IMG/VR virus record: IMGVR_UViG_3300005549_000001
Direction: 5' to 3' (one strand)
DNA: 22,315 nucleotides
Source of the DNA: an uncultured virus (IMG/VR IMGVR_UViG_3300005549_000001)
Taxonomy: Duplodnaviria; Heunggongvirae; Uroviricota; Caudoviricetes
The notes under the pieces were generated by a model. It made no database searches, was not told the origin of the DNA, and worked only from the letters and a program-made list of their open reading frames with translations. The position numbers and the translations under genes are program-made. Positions 1 to 7,271 of this stretch are shown here, piece after piece. Numbering within the stretch: position 1 is the stretch's first letter; the number at the start of each line of letters is the position of its first letter.

Positions 1-241
1 GCGACGCGAGTTCGACGTCGTACTTGGGCAGCACGAAGTCGGCCTGTGTACTGCCCATTCCGTTGTGCAACATCGCGCGGAGTGCGTTCACCGCGTGGGT
101 CTGTCCTTTATCAGCCTTCTTTATGAGCTTCTTTGCTTTGCGCACCCGTTGAATCTCATCTTCAAGAGAGTTTTCGTAGCTCTCGATCAGGACGAGAGTC
201 TCTTCGAGTATTTGACGTCGGTGCAATTTGTTCCATCGCAT
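1..241 (-). CDS. Hypothetical protein, 3' end beyond the window (MRWNKLHRRQILEETLVLIESYENSLEDEIQRVRKAKK...)
   Basis: Hand translation: ATG at 241, 3 nt after the stop of 245..613, purine-rich SD-like sequence upstream, frame open to position 1. Confidence 0.65.
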   Translation of the reverse strand, partial: MRWNKLHRRQILEETLVLIESYENSLEDEIQRVRKAKKLIKKADKGQTHAVNALRAMLHNGMGSTQADFVLPKYDVELAS

Positions 242-244
242 TGT

Positions 245-613
245 TTACGTCTTCCCCCTGAGCTTGAACCCCCACACGCGAGCGCCCGCGCGGTAGCGCG
301 AGGCTTCCGCTGGTCCTAGGTCGTCGGGCGCGTCGTCGCGCTCCATGAAGCGCAAGGCGTCCGCGGCGGACATGGCCACGACGCGGAGGTACTCGTCGCG
401 CTCGAATGCCGGGCCCTCGGGCAGCGCCGCCTGCGCCTCCTCGAGCGACATGCGGAGCGCGGCGCAGAGTTCCTTGATCTCGTGGTCGCCGAGAAATGTA
501 CCGGCAGTGTTCTTACCATCGCGCAGGTACAAGTAGACGTTGCCCTCGTGATTGGCGACGACCAAGAACTCACCATTCTTTATCGGAATCTTTCGTTCTT
601 CGAATTTTGCCAT
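245..613 (-). CDS. Hypothetical protein (122 aa)
   Basis: Normal globular composition, co-oriented with neighbours. Confidence 0.75.
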   Translation of the reverse strand: MAKFEERKIPIKNGEFLVVANHEGNVYLYLRDGKNTAGTFLGDHEIKELCAALRMSLEEAQAALPEGPAFERDEYLRVVAMSAADALRFMERDDAPDDLGPAEASRYRAGARVWGFKLRGKT

Positions 614-671
614 CTAGTTCACCCGGGCCCGCCCGCGATCCTCCGGTCACGAGCGGGGCCTGGTGTCCTAG
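614..671 (-). other. Long imperfect hairpin filling the intergenic space
   Basis: Minus strand CUAG-GA-CACCAGGCCCCGCUCGUGA pairs with UCGCGGGCGGGCCCGGGUG-AA-CUAG (G-U pairs, few mismatches). GGAGG lies in the loop and the ATG at 613 follows the stem base. Confidence 0.55.
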
Positions 672-675
672 CTTG

Positions 676-1830
676 TTACGCGGCCTTCTTCTCGAGCACG
701 GCTCCCGCGATGCGCTGGAGCTCGATCTTCCGGTCGGCGTCCTCGGTCTGGTTGGCGATCCAGCTGAGCGCATTCGAGAACCGGAGCGCCGTCTTGCCCT
801 CGGGCAGCATGACGTTGTCCGGGCCCTCGAAGGCCTCCTTGGCGCGCTGCGCCTCGCCCTTGCTGAGCAGCTGCCCGACCTTCTTGAACGCCGCGTTCCA
901 GGAGGTCTCCTGAGCGTGGGCCTGCCGCACGGCGTCGAGCCGCGCCTCGATGGCCTTGGGCGCCAGGATGTTGCCGATGACGTCGCGCGTGGCGCTGATC
1001 ATCGTCCTCGTGTCGAGCTCGTAGGTCTGCTGCGAGAAGGTGAGCTCCTCGGGCAGGCGTTTTCCGAGGTGGACCTGCTTGAGCACGCTCTCGCCGATGG
1101 CCGCGTTCAGGCAGAGGAGCCTCAGCACGAACGCGCTCACGCCGTACATTCCCGCGCCGTAGTCGCTGTTCTGCCATGAGAGGCCGAACACCATGAACTC
1201 GCCCGGGACGGGCTCGTGCACGGTCGGGATGATGGCGCGCACGGAGACGCGCACGTCGCTCGCCACGCCCTCGAACGGTACGGCGCCGACCTTCTGCGCC
1301 TCGCCGAGGAAGGCGTCGAGCAGCGGCCTGCTGTCGAGCCGCCGGAACTTGTCGCTCAGGATGCCGCGGGCCTGGCCCCCGACGCTCCGCACGAGGTAGC
1401 GGCCGCCCTGGTGGCGGTAGTGCTGGTCGAGCGTGTACTCGAGCAGCCGGTGCTCCCACGAGGTGCCGTCGGCCTCCGCCTCGGCCGCGTCGAGCCGCCG
1501 CGCGTACGCGGTCGGGACGCCCGCCCGCTCGACCAGCTGCTCGAATGCGTGGTTGTGCAGCAGCCACTGCTGGTCGCCGACCCCAAACGCGAGCCGGCCG
1601 CCGGCGCGACCGAATTGCAGCCGCTCGCCGCGCACGATGTCGTCTCGCGGCACCTCGCTCAGGATGCGCTGCACGACGGCGCTGGAGCGCGCCGCTCCTC
1701 TTCGGACGGCGTCGTCGAGGTTTGCCCGCGCGAGCGCGAGCTTGCTCTCCTCCGGCAGTCCGCCGTGGCCGAGTATGTCGTGCACGACTCGGCCGTCAGT
1801 CTCTATTACGGGCTTCACTTCCAGGGGCAT
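676..1830 (-). CDS. DUF932-family phage/plasmid protein (384 aa)
   Basis: Motifs RGILSDKFRRLD and NSDYGAG...FVLRLLCLNAAI...HLG resemble DUF932 (NS..G....RLVC.NG...H). AAGGAG SD before the ATG. Confidence 0.75.
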   Translation of the reverse strand: MPLEVKPVIETDGRVVHDILGHGGLPEESKLALARANLDDAVRRGAARSSAVVQRILSEVPRDDIVRGERLQFGRAGGRLAFGVGDQQWLLHNHAFEQLVERAGVPTAYARRLDAAEAEADGTSWEHRLLEYTLDQHYRHQGGRYLVRSVGGQARGILSDKFRRLDSRPLLDAFLGEAQKVGAVPFEGVASDVRVSVRAIIPTVHEPVPGEFMVFGLSWQNSDYGAGMYGVSAFVLRLLCLNAAIGESVLKQVHLGKRLPEELTFSQQTYELDTRTMISATRDVIGNILAPKAIEARLDAVRQAHAQETSWNAAFKKVGQLLSKGEAQRAKEAFEGPDNVMLPEGKTALRFSNALSWIANQTEDADRKIELQRIAGAVLEKKAA

Positions 1831-1874
1831 GTGTCAGTCTCCTTTTTGTAGGGGTTCATGTGGTGCACTCCGGG

Positions 1875-1912
1875 GGTATAACACCGGGCTTTACCCAGTG
1901 CAACTTTTTTCT
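1875..1912 (-). promoter_or_regulatory. Sigma70-type promoter for the DUF932-like gene
   Basis: TTGCAC (1903-1898), 17 nt, then TATACC (1880-1875) preceded by TGn, with an upstream A-tract (UP-like). Confidence 0.65.
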
Positions 1913-1931
1913 CTCGACCCCCGCTAGTTTT

Positions 1932-2312
1932 TTATTGCTGCTCTTCGATCCCGTAGTGCGCGCGCTGCAGGGCGCGGGCCTTTTGCTGCAAGCGTCCGAC
2001 TTGTTCGGCGTGTGGGTGAGATAGACCGCCGAACACGTAGCGCGTGTCACGAAAGTAATTCTCGAGGTAGTGCGCGGTTGTGCTCGGTTTCTGGCCCGGG
2101 TAGTAGAACGTGACGAGCAGGATGCCGCCGTGCGGCGCCGTCACCTCGAAGGCCTGATAGGCGTACTTGCCGCCGTCCGCCTCGCGCACGGTCTCGACCG
2201 CGTTCGGGCGCTTGCGGTCCAGCAGAAACTGCACGGCGTGCGAGAGCACGGTGCTTTCTTCTTGGAGTCGAACGCATTCGGCCGCGAGTTCTTCTCTGGT
2301 TTGCTTTTTCAT
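1932..2312 (-). CDS. Hypothetical protein (126 aa)
   Basis: ATGA overlap with 2309..2587; plausible composition. Confidence 0.75.
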   Translation of the reverse strand: MKKQTREELAAECVRLQEESTVLSHAVQFLLDRKRPNAVETVREADGGKYAYQAFEVTAPHGGILLVTFYYPGQKPSTTAHYLENYFRDTRYVFGGLSHPHAEQVGRLQQKARALQRAHYGIEEQQ

Positions 2313-2587
2313 GTTGGATCTTTAGTTTCGAATTGAAGCCCGAAAATTTTGACACCTCCGGGTTGGAAGCTCAGGATCGCGATAGATTCCGCGAGCGCGT
2401 TGAACGCCCGCGCCGACTCACCCTTTTTCTTGCCGCGAAACTGGATGACGTCACCTTTTTCGGCGATGACTTGACCGAGTTCTCGGCCACGTGAGAGGCG
2501 CTCCTCCGGGTCGCGACCGCGCCATTGCTCGATCCACAATGGGACCGCGGCGCTGAGCGCAATTCGCAGTAGCTCTTCATCGGGCAT
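2309..2587 (-). CDS. Hypothetical protein (92 aa)
   Basis: Overlaps both neighbours in an operon-like manner; helical composition. Confidence 0.75.
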   Translation of the reverse strand: MPDEELLRIALSAAVPLWIEQWRGRDPEERLSRGRELGQVIAEKGDVIQFRGKKKGESARAFNALAESIAILSFQPGGVKIFGLQFETKDPT

Positions 2588-3185
2588 GGTTTGGATGCTC
2601 GACTCGTTCGAGTCCGCCGTGCTTGCGGTTGAGCGCGTTCTTGCCTTCGGTCGTGATCTGCGTTGCGCCGTTGCGCGAGCGCTTCAGATAGCCAGCTGCG
2701 GCGAGCCGGTTTAAGTCGGCTTCACTAGGCGTGTCGCGGTAGCGTGCCCATTCGTTGCGTCGACCCATCGAGTTCAATCCGCTGAACGTGTAGAGGATCC
2801 AACGGTCGCGCGGGTCGAGCTCTGTCGGCGCGGGTAAGAGCTTTGCTATGTTCGATGGCGCGAGGTAGAGCGTCGCGAATGTGCGCGGATAGCCCATGGT
2901 CCCCTTGATGACGGCCACGCCGTCGGGGATTGGGTAGTCCGCCGAGTCCAGGTCAACCTGGTTTTGTGGGTTGAACATGTTCGAACCGCCCCACGATCCG
3001 ATGAGTTCTTCGCGTTGGCCGGTCGCGAGCATGATGAGCACGCAGAAGCCGCGCTTGCCGTCACCACCGCATACTTGCGGCGACACTTTCTCGGCCGCGC
3101 GCACTTCGATGTCAGCGGCGCCATAGCTCACGGCGCGCAAGGCGGATTGAATGCTTTCGGGCAGATCTCTGACTTTTGCATACAT
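2577..3185 (-). CDS. Hypothetical phage protein with possible C-terminal winged helix (202 aa, starts MYAKV)
   Basis: Start moved to ATG 3185 after GGGAAGAAAAAACA. C-terminal LNRLAAAGYLKRSRNGATQITTEGK resembles a wHTH wing. Confidence 0.75.
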   Translation of the reverse strand: MYAKVRDLPESIQSALRAVSYGAADIEVRAAEKVSPQVCGGDGKRGFCVLIMLATGQREELIGSWGGSNMFNPQNQVDLDSADYPIPDGVAVIKGTMGYPRTFATLYLAPSNIAKLLPAPTELDPRDRWILYTFSGLNSMGRRNEWARYRDTPSEADLNRLAAAGYLKRSRNGATQITTEGKNALNRKHGGLERVEHPNHAR

Positions 3186-3200
3186 TGTTTTTTCTTCCCG

Positions 3201-3287
3201 TGGTCGCACCGCGTGGGATCGAACCACTGCGACCGCGCACCCTTGGCGGGCCCCGCTATCCTGCGGGCTTCTCGGCGGTCCGGTGCG
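3201..3287 (-). ncRNA. tRNA-like element (87 nt): acceptor stem, T-arm and 3' CCA with a non-canonical middle
   Basis: CGCACCG/CGGUGCG-A-CCA stem; T-arm GUGG-UUCGAUC-CCAC at canonical spacing; no standard D or anticodon arm. Confidence 0.6.
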
Positions 3288-3290
3288 GGA

Positions 3291-3321
3291 GCGGCGCGCG
3301 GAACGCGCCGCGTTTTTTCTT
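3291..3321 (+). terminator. Rho-independent terminator-like hairpin, antisense to the local genes
   Basis: GCGGCGCG-CGGAA-CGCGCCGC followed by GTTTTTTCTT. Confidence 0.45.
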
Positions 3322-3339
3322 CGCGTGTTTCCTCCTAGG

Positions 3340-3555
3340 TTAGAGCTCAGTTTCGAGCGCGGGCATTCCGTGGCCGTTGCTCTTCACCTCGACCACTTCT
3401 CGCCCGACGATTTTGTTGTAGAGCGCTGGAAACTCTTGGGCAAAGCGCTGCCTATCCTCGCTGGTCCAGCGATACGTGACCCAGTCGATGAAGACTTGCA
3501 CCTCGTAGGGTGCGAGATTTCGCGCGTGGTTCGGGATTACTTTGATCGCGTTCAT
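3340..3555 (-). CDS. Hypothetical protein (71 aa, starts MNAIKVIP)
   Basis: ATGA overlap with the stop of 3552..3758. Confidence 0.7.
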   Translation of the reverse strand: MNAIKVIPNHARNLAPYEVQVFIDWVTYRWTSEDRQRFAQEFPALYNKIVGREVVEVKSNGHGMPALETEL

Positions 3556-3758
3556 TCTTGCTCGTCGTCGCGATGTTTCAGCGAGTAGGGTGTGCCGTTC
3601 AGGTGCTCGCGCGCCCAGCGGATCGCGTCCGCTTCTGTCTTGAATGCACCGCGGCCGATCGGATCGAATGCGAGTGGATCGAATTCGCGCTTCGGGTGCC
3701 ACTCAGTGGCGAATTCGGCTGGCACGCTGGGCACGATCACGGTCCAGTAGCCGGCCAT
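3552..3758 (-). CDS. Hypothetical protein (68 aa, starts MAGYWTV)
   Basis: ATG 2 nt after the upstream TGA; coupled to the downstream gene. Confidence 0.7.
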   Translation of the reverse strand: MAGYWTVIVPSVPAEFATEWHPKREFDPLAFDPIGRGAFKTEADAIRWAREHLNGTPYSLKHRDDEQE

Positions 3759-3760
3759 GA

Positions 3761-3916
3761 TCAGAGCTTGCACGCCGCGAGAAAGCGGGCGCGGTTGAAT
3801 CTTGGATTGATGAGCTGAAACGAGGCGCATAGCGTGAGTGCTAGTTCGCGGCGCTCAGCCTCGCTCGAGATCTCCGCAACAACCGCGGCGATCCGCACGA
3901 AGTGTTTTCGGGACAT
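3761..3916 (-). CDS. Small phage protein (51 aa) MSRKHFVRIAAVVAEISSEAERRELALTLCASFQLINPRFNRARFLAACKL
   Basis: Hand-translated, below the ORF-track cutoff. Strong GAGGAG SD. The pattern M.RK.F..IA...NPRF...RFL.AC resembles a recurrent small phage protein family. Confidence 0.8.
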   Translation of the reverse strand: MSRKHFVRIAAVVAEISSEAERRELALTLCASFQLINPRFNRARFLAACKL

Positions 3917-3926
3917 GGTTGCTCCT

Positions 3927-4022
3927 CTCGGGCGAAGTAGGGCAGTCGCTCAGCGGGCCGTGTCACGGGCACGCGCGAGCGCGCGTTATCGCGCTACTTC
4001 TCCCGAGCGGAGTAACCGCTCG
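3927..4022 (-). promoter_or_regulatory. Structured 5' leader of the left operon
   Basis: 13/14-bp stem (3994-4007 with 3927-3940) enclosing short hairpins; competing hairpin 4004-4022. Confidence 0.5.
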
Positions 4023-4476
4023 TCAACCCGCGTAGGTCGCCCTGCTGGCTCGCGTTCGCTAACATGGCGACTTGCCTCGTTTTTTCTTTCTGCCGGTTCC
4101 GCCGGCTCGCATGGGGTATATGCACGGGGCATACCACATGGCTAGGCCCCATGCCGTACGTCTAACCCCGCGAGATCATTCGTTATACTCTGGCTGGAAT
4201 GGTCCGGTGCGAAGCCTTCTTCGCGGCCTGAGGCTGAAAGAGGGTTTTAAGGCTGTTTTTAGTGCCACCTTTGAGTCGCATATGAGCGAAGAAAGCTACG
4301 CGGATCGTCGGGGGCAGCTTACCCCAAGCCTCACCAGGGTCAGCTGGCTAGAGGTCAAGCGGGACTAAAAAAGCGCTTAGAAGCCCTCTAGCCCGGGCCG
4401 GGCCGGACCTTAGCTCGGACAAGGCTAGCTTGTGAGCGGGCCCGCGCCGAGCTATTGTGGCGCAAGTAGCGCGCCC

Positions 4477-4779
4477 ATGGCCCGCCCCCCCACGATTCTG
4501 TCCTACGCTGAGACGTTGCGGCTGGTCTCGCAGTATCCGACCGGCGCGACCGCTACGGAGCTTGCGCGGCGCGCGTGCGGCGCGGCGGAAACACCTAAAA
4601 AGCGGCGCGCTTTTGCCGGTTTCCTTGGCTTACTCGCTGCTCGCGGCGTGATTTCCAAGCGCGGCGGCTTGTTCTTTCCGGCCGTCATTCGGGGCGCGCC
4701 GAGCGCGCCGATGCCGCCCCCTGGTTGGTACCCTACGCCGCACGGGCCGCGCTATTGGGACGGCTTACGCTGGCTTTAA
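4477..4779 (+). CDS. Putative wHTH protein with C-terminal DUF2510-like motif (100 aa)
   Basis: N-terminal GATATELARR...LLAARGVISKRGGLFF is wHTH-like. C-terminal PPGWYPTPHGPRYWDGLRW matches the DUF2510 pattern PxGWYxDP...RYWDG..W. Confidence 0.65.
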   Translation: MARPPTILSYAETLRLVSQYPTGATATELARRACGAAETPKKRRAFAGFLGLLAARGVISKRGGLFFPAVIRGAPSAPMPPPGWYPTPHGPRYWDGLRWL

Positions 4780-4800
4780 TATCCTGCTAGGATACTGCAC

Positions 4801-4986
4801 ATGTCGGAACTGAAAGAGGACGGCGCCGTCCTGGACATGTGCTGCGGTAAGAAGCGTTGCCCCGTTTTTCGCGAAGTTTCCGATGGTTTTGAGCTCTCGG
4901 ACGAGGGCCAAACCGTGAAACTCACGCGCGAGCAGGCCGAAGCTGCCGCGGCGTGGCTCGTCATGCGCCTGCACCGCGACAAGTGA
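4801..4986 (+). CDS. Small Cys-containing hypothetical protein (61 aa; CCGKKRCP)
   Basis: TGnTAGGAT 7 nt before the ATG; GTGA overlap with the next gene. Confidence 0.75.
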   Translation: MSELKEDGAVLDMCCGKKRCPVFREVSDGFELSDEGQTVKLTREQAEAAAAWLVMRLHRDK

Positions 4987-5270
4987 CCGAGCTTTTTGCG
5001 CTCCAAGCGGCCGCGATCACGCTCATTTTCGTGCGCGGCAGCATCTTCGAGCGCGTTCGCACGAGGGGACCCGCGCTCTGGCGAGAGCTCGCGTCGTGTG
5101 CGCTCTGCTCGGGCTTCTGGATCGGCCTCGCGTGGTTCGCGCTCGCGTCGTGGCCGCCGCGCGGTTTTGCAGCGCTTCTCTGGTGTTTTGGCGGCGCCGC
5201 GCTCTCCGCGGCCGCGGCGCTCCTCCTAGTGCGCGTGCTGGACGCGCTCGAGGGCCTGGCGGGTGACTGA
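4983..5270 (+). CDS. DUF1360-like membrane protein (95 aa)
   Basis: Hydrophobic segments and IFERVR...ELASCALCSGFW resemble DUF1360 (ELL.CP.C.G.W). GTG start overlaps the upstream stop. Confidence 0.7.
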   Translation: MTELFALQAAAITLIFVRGSIFERVRTRGPALWRELASCALCSGFWIGLAWFALASWPPRGFAALLWCFGGAALSAAAALLLVRVLDALEGLAGD

Positions 5271-5475
5271 GCTCTGTGCCGCGGGTGACATTGCGAGCTT
5301 CATGGAGCCTGTTTCTTGCCCGCGCTGCGGCTCCGAGCTCGTTAGTGCGCTGCGCGAGGCCGACGGCGCCGTGCGCCTTGTGTGCCGCGGCGTGATTGGC
5401 GGCGTCTCGTGCTTGCACATGTGGCGGTCGAATGTTGAAGCACCGCGTCAGACCGCGTCAAAATCGCGTACTTGA
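5263..5475 (+). CDS. Zinc-ribbon-like small protein (start may be ATG 5302)
   Basis: CPRC...C...CLH pattern. Confidence 0.6.
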   Translation: MTELCAAGDIASFMEPVSCPRCGSELVSALREADGAVRLVCRGVIGGVSCLHMWRSNVEAPRQTASKSRT

Positions 5476-5500
5476 TAAGTCTCGCAATCTAGTAAACACT
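5472..5500 (+). promoter_or_regulatory. Putative promoter for a leaderless recombinase mRNA
   Basis: TTGATA (5472-5477), 17 nt, AACACT (5495-5500), 7 nt, GTG 5508; no SD. Confidence 0.5.
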
Positions 5501-5507
5501 ACCAGAA

Positions 5508-6431
5508 GTGACACTCCCGCTGGTCGTGCCACCGTCCGAGCTCGTCGCCCGAGAGGTGACGGGCATCGCCGATCGATCGGGAGCGAAAAACGACGAGGGT
5601 CTCGTTGATATTTGGGTCGCGTCGCAAACGAGCCCCCATACGCGTCGGGCGTACCGTTTCGACGCTGACGGCCTGCTCGCGTTCCTGGCGCGCCGCGGTC
5701 TACAACTGCGCACCATGAAGGTAGTAGACCTGCAGGGCTGGACGTCTGAGCTGTCAGGTTCGCTCTCGAGCCAGGTTCGTCGCATTGGGGCTATCAAGTC
5801 GCTGCTGACGTTCGGGCAGGAGACCGGCTACTTGACGTTCAACATCGGAAAGGTCGTAAAGCCGCCACCGTTGCCCAACAAGCTCGCCGAGCGCATCTTG
5901 AGTGAGCGCGAGGCGGCCGCGGTGCTCGAGGCCGCGCAGGCCGATCCCATCATCGGCTTCATGTACGCTTCGGGCGCGCGCGTTTCCGAGGCGTGTGCGC
6001 TGCGCTGCGGCGAAGTCCACGAGGGTCCGGACGCTGGTGCGACGGTCACGCTGCACGGTAAGGGAGGTAAGACGCGCCACGTCGTCGTGGCTGCGTCGGT
6101 CGCGACGGTGCTCCGGCGGCTCTGTGAGGGCCAGGGAGCTACGGTGCCCGTCTTTCGCACGCGTACCGGACGTCCGTTGCACCCGGCGAACGTGCACAAA
6201 CTCGTCCGGCGCGCCGCCCGCGCCGCGAACCTGGACAAGAAGGTATCGCCGCACTGGCTGCGGCACGCGCACGCTAGTCACGCGCTCGACCATGGTGCAA
6301 ACCCGGTGCTCGTGCGCGACAGTCTCGGGCACGAATCGCTCGCTACGACGAGCAAGTACACGCACGCCAAGCCCGGGGACGGTTCGAGCCTCTACTTGCC
6401 ACTCCTGCGCGATGAGGATTCGTCGGTGTAG
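5508..6431 (+). CDS. Tyrosine recombinase/integrase (XerC/D-like, 307 aa)
   Basis: Full catalytic set: YASGARVSE (R), GKGGK (K), HWLRH (HxxR), LGH, TTSKY (Y); N-terminal core-binding domain. Confidence 0.95.
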   Translation: MTLPLVVPPSELVAREVTGIADRSGAKNDEGLVDIWVASQTSPHTRRAYRFDADGLLAFLARRGLQLRTMKVVDLQGWTSELSGSLSSQVRRIGAIKSLLTFGQETGYLTFNIGKVVKPPPLPNKLAERILSEREAAAVLEAAQADPIIGFMYASGARVSEACALRCGEVHEGPDAGATVTLHGKGGKTRHVVVAASVATVLRRLCEGQGATVPVFRTRTGRPLHPANVHKLVRRAARAANLDKKVSPHWLRHAHASHALDHGANPVLVRDSLGHESLATTSKYTHAKPGDGSSLYLPLLRDEDSSV

Positions 6432-6591
6432 AGAGCTCTGAGCTAGAATAGGAGCCGGCGCCGCCGCTCCGCCAACGCCACCAAGCAACCCCGGGGCGTC
6501 GGCGCTGTTTTTCGTGTAATGTTGAGGGCAGCACCGCCGCGGAGCCTTATCCCGTCCCCCGGAATTGTCACTCCCCGGCGGTGCCATTCAA

Positions 6592-6807
6592 ATGAGCGAC
6601 GTAGACCAGGACAAGATCGACACGAAGCCCCCGCCGTCGCGCCAAAAGAGTGCTTCGGAGTGGAGTTGGCCGCGCGTCATCGTCACGGGGGTCAGCACCG
6701 GGCTGCTCGTCGCCGGCGGAATACTAGCCAAGATTCCTGTAGGTCTGATCCTCTTCAGTGTCGGCTACGGCGGCGCCATTCTCGCGCTGACCTGGTCTCG
6801 TCGGTAG
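6592..6807 (+). CDS. Small two-TM membrane protein (71 aa)
   Basis: Two C-terminal hydrophobic segments ending in RR; 1-nt gap to the next ATG. Confidence 0.7.
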   Translation: MSDVDQDKIDTKPPPSRQKSASEWSWPRVIVTGVSTGLLVAGGILAKIPVGLILFSVGYGGAILALTWSRR

Positions 6808-6808
6808 G

Positions 6809-7246
6809 ATGCTCTCGCTCCGATTCAACAGGTGTTTCACTCCCGAGATCCTGCGCGAGCTCGAGCCGCTCCTGCCCGCGACGTACGCTTGCATGGACGA
6901 GCTCGCTCCGTGGCGGCGCGGCCGCTGGCCGACGCGCATCCACTGCATGGACGAGGTGCGCATCGTCGAGGGGCGCAAGCGCGGCGCGGGGCACGGCTAC
7001 ACCTACCCGCGCGAGAACGGCATCTGGATGAACCACCACATGACGCTCGCCGGGCACTGGCTCGTGCTCGTGCACGAGAACCTGCACCACGCATTCCCCG
7101 ACGCGACCGAGAGCGAGCTCAACAACGTGCTCGTGCCGAAGGTGTACCAGTGCACGTTCGGCAGGCGCATGGATCGCGCGTGGGCGCGCCGGCACGGGCT
7201 CGGTCCGCCTCAGCCGGGCATCGGTGACCGCGGGTTCGTGAGGTGA
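6809..7246 (+). CDS. Zincin-like metallopeptidase-domain protein (145 aa)
   Basis: LVLVHENLHHAFPDATE (HExxH plus downstream E) preceded by beta-strand-like segments. Confidence 0.7.
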   Translation: MLSLRFNRCFTPEILRELEPLLPATYACMDELAPWRRGRWPTRIHCMDEVRIVEGRKRGAGHGYTYPRENGIWMNHHMTLAGHWLVLVHENLHHAFPDATESELNNVLVPKVYQCTFGRRMDRAWARRHGLGPPQPGIGDRGFVR

Positions 7247-7271
7247 TCGAGATTTTATTGCAGAACGTTGC

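Noticed and set aside
3245..3270. c-di-GMP-I riboswitch resemblance (GAUAGCGGG)
   Set aside because: The upstream GCAAA and GNRA-loop elements are absent.
3201..3287. Canonical tRNA gene call
   Set aside because: No D-arm and no 7-nt anticodon loop with U33; kept only as tRNA-like.
4072..4368. 98-aa ORF in the divergent region
   Set aside because: TTG start without SD or leaderless signal, atypical codons and no motifs; treated as non-coding.
5508..6431. Naming the recombinase xerC/xerD, or calling an integron or shufflon
   Set aside because: Orthology cannot be shown. No dif or attC sites or IntI insertion are visible, and the CxTIC DNA matches are too short and synonymous-variable to be crossover sites.
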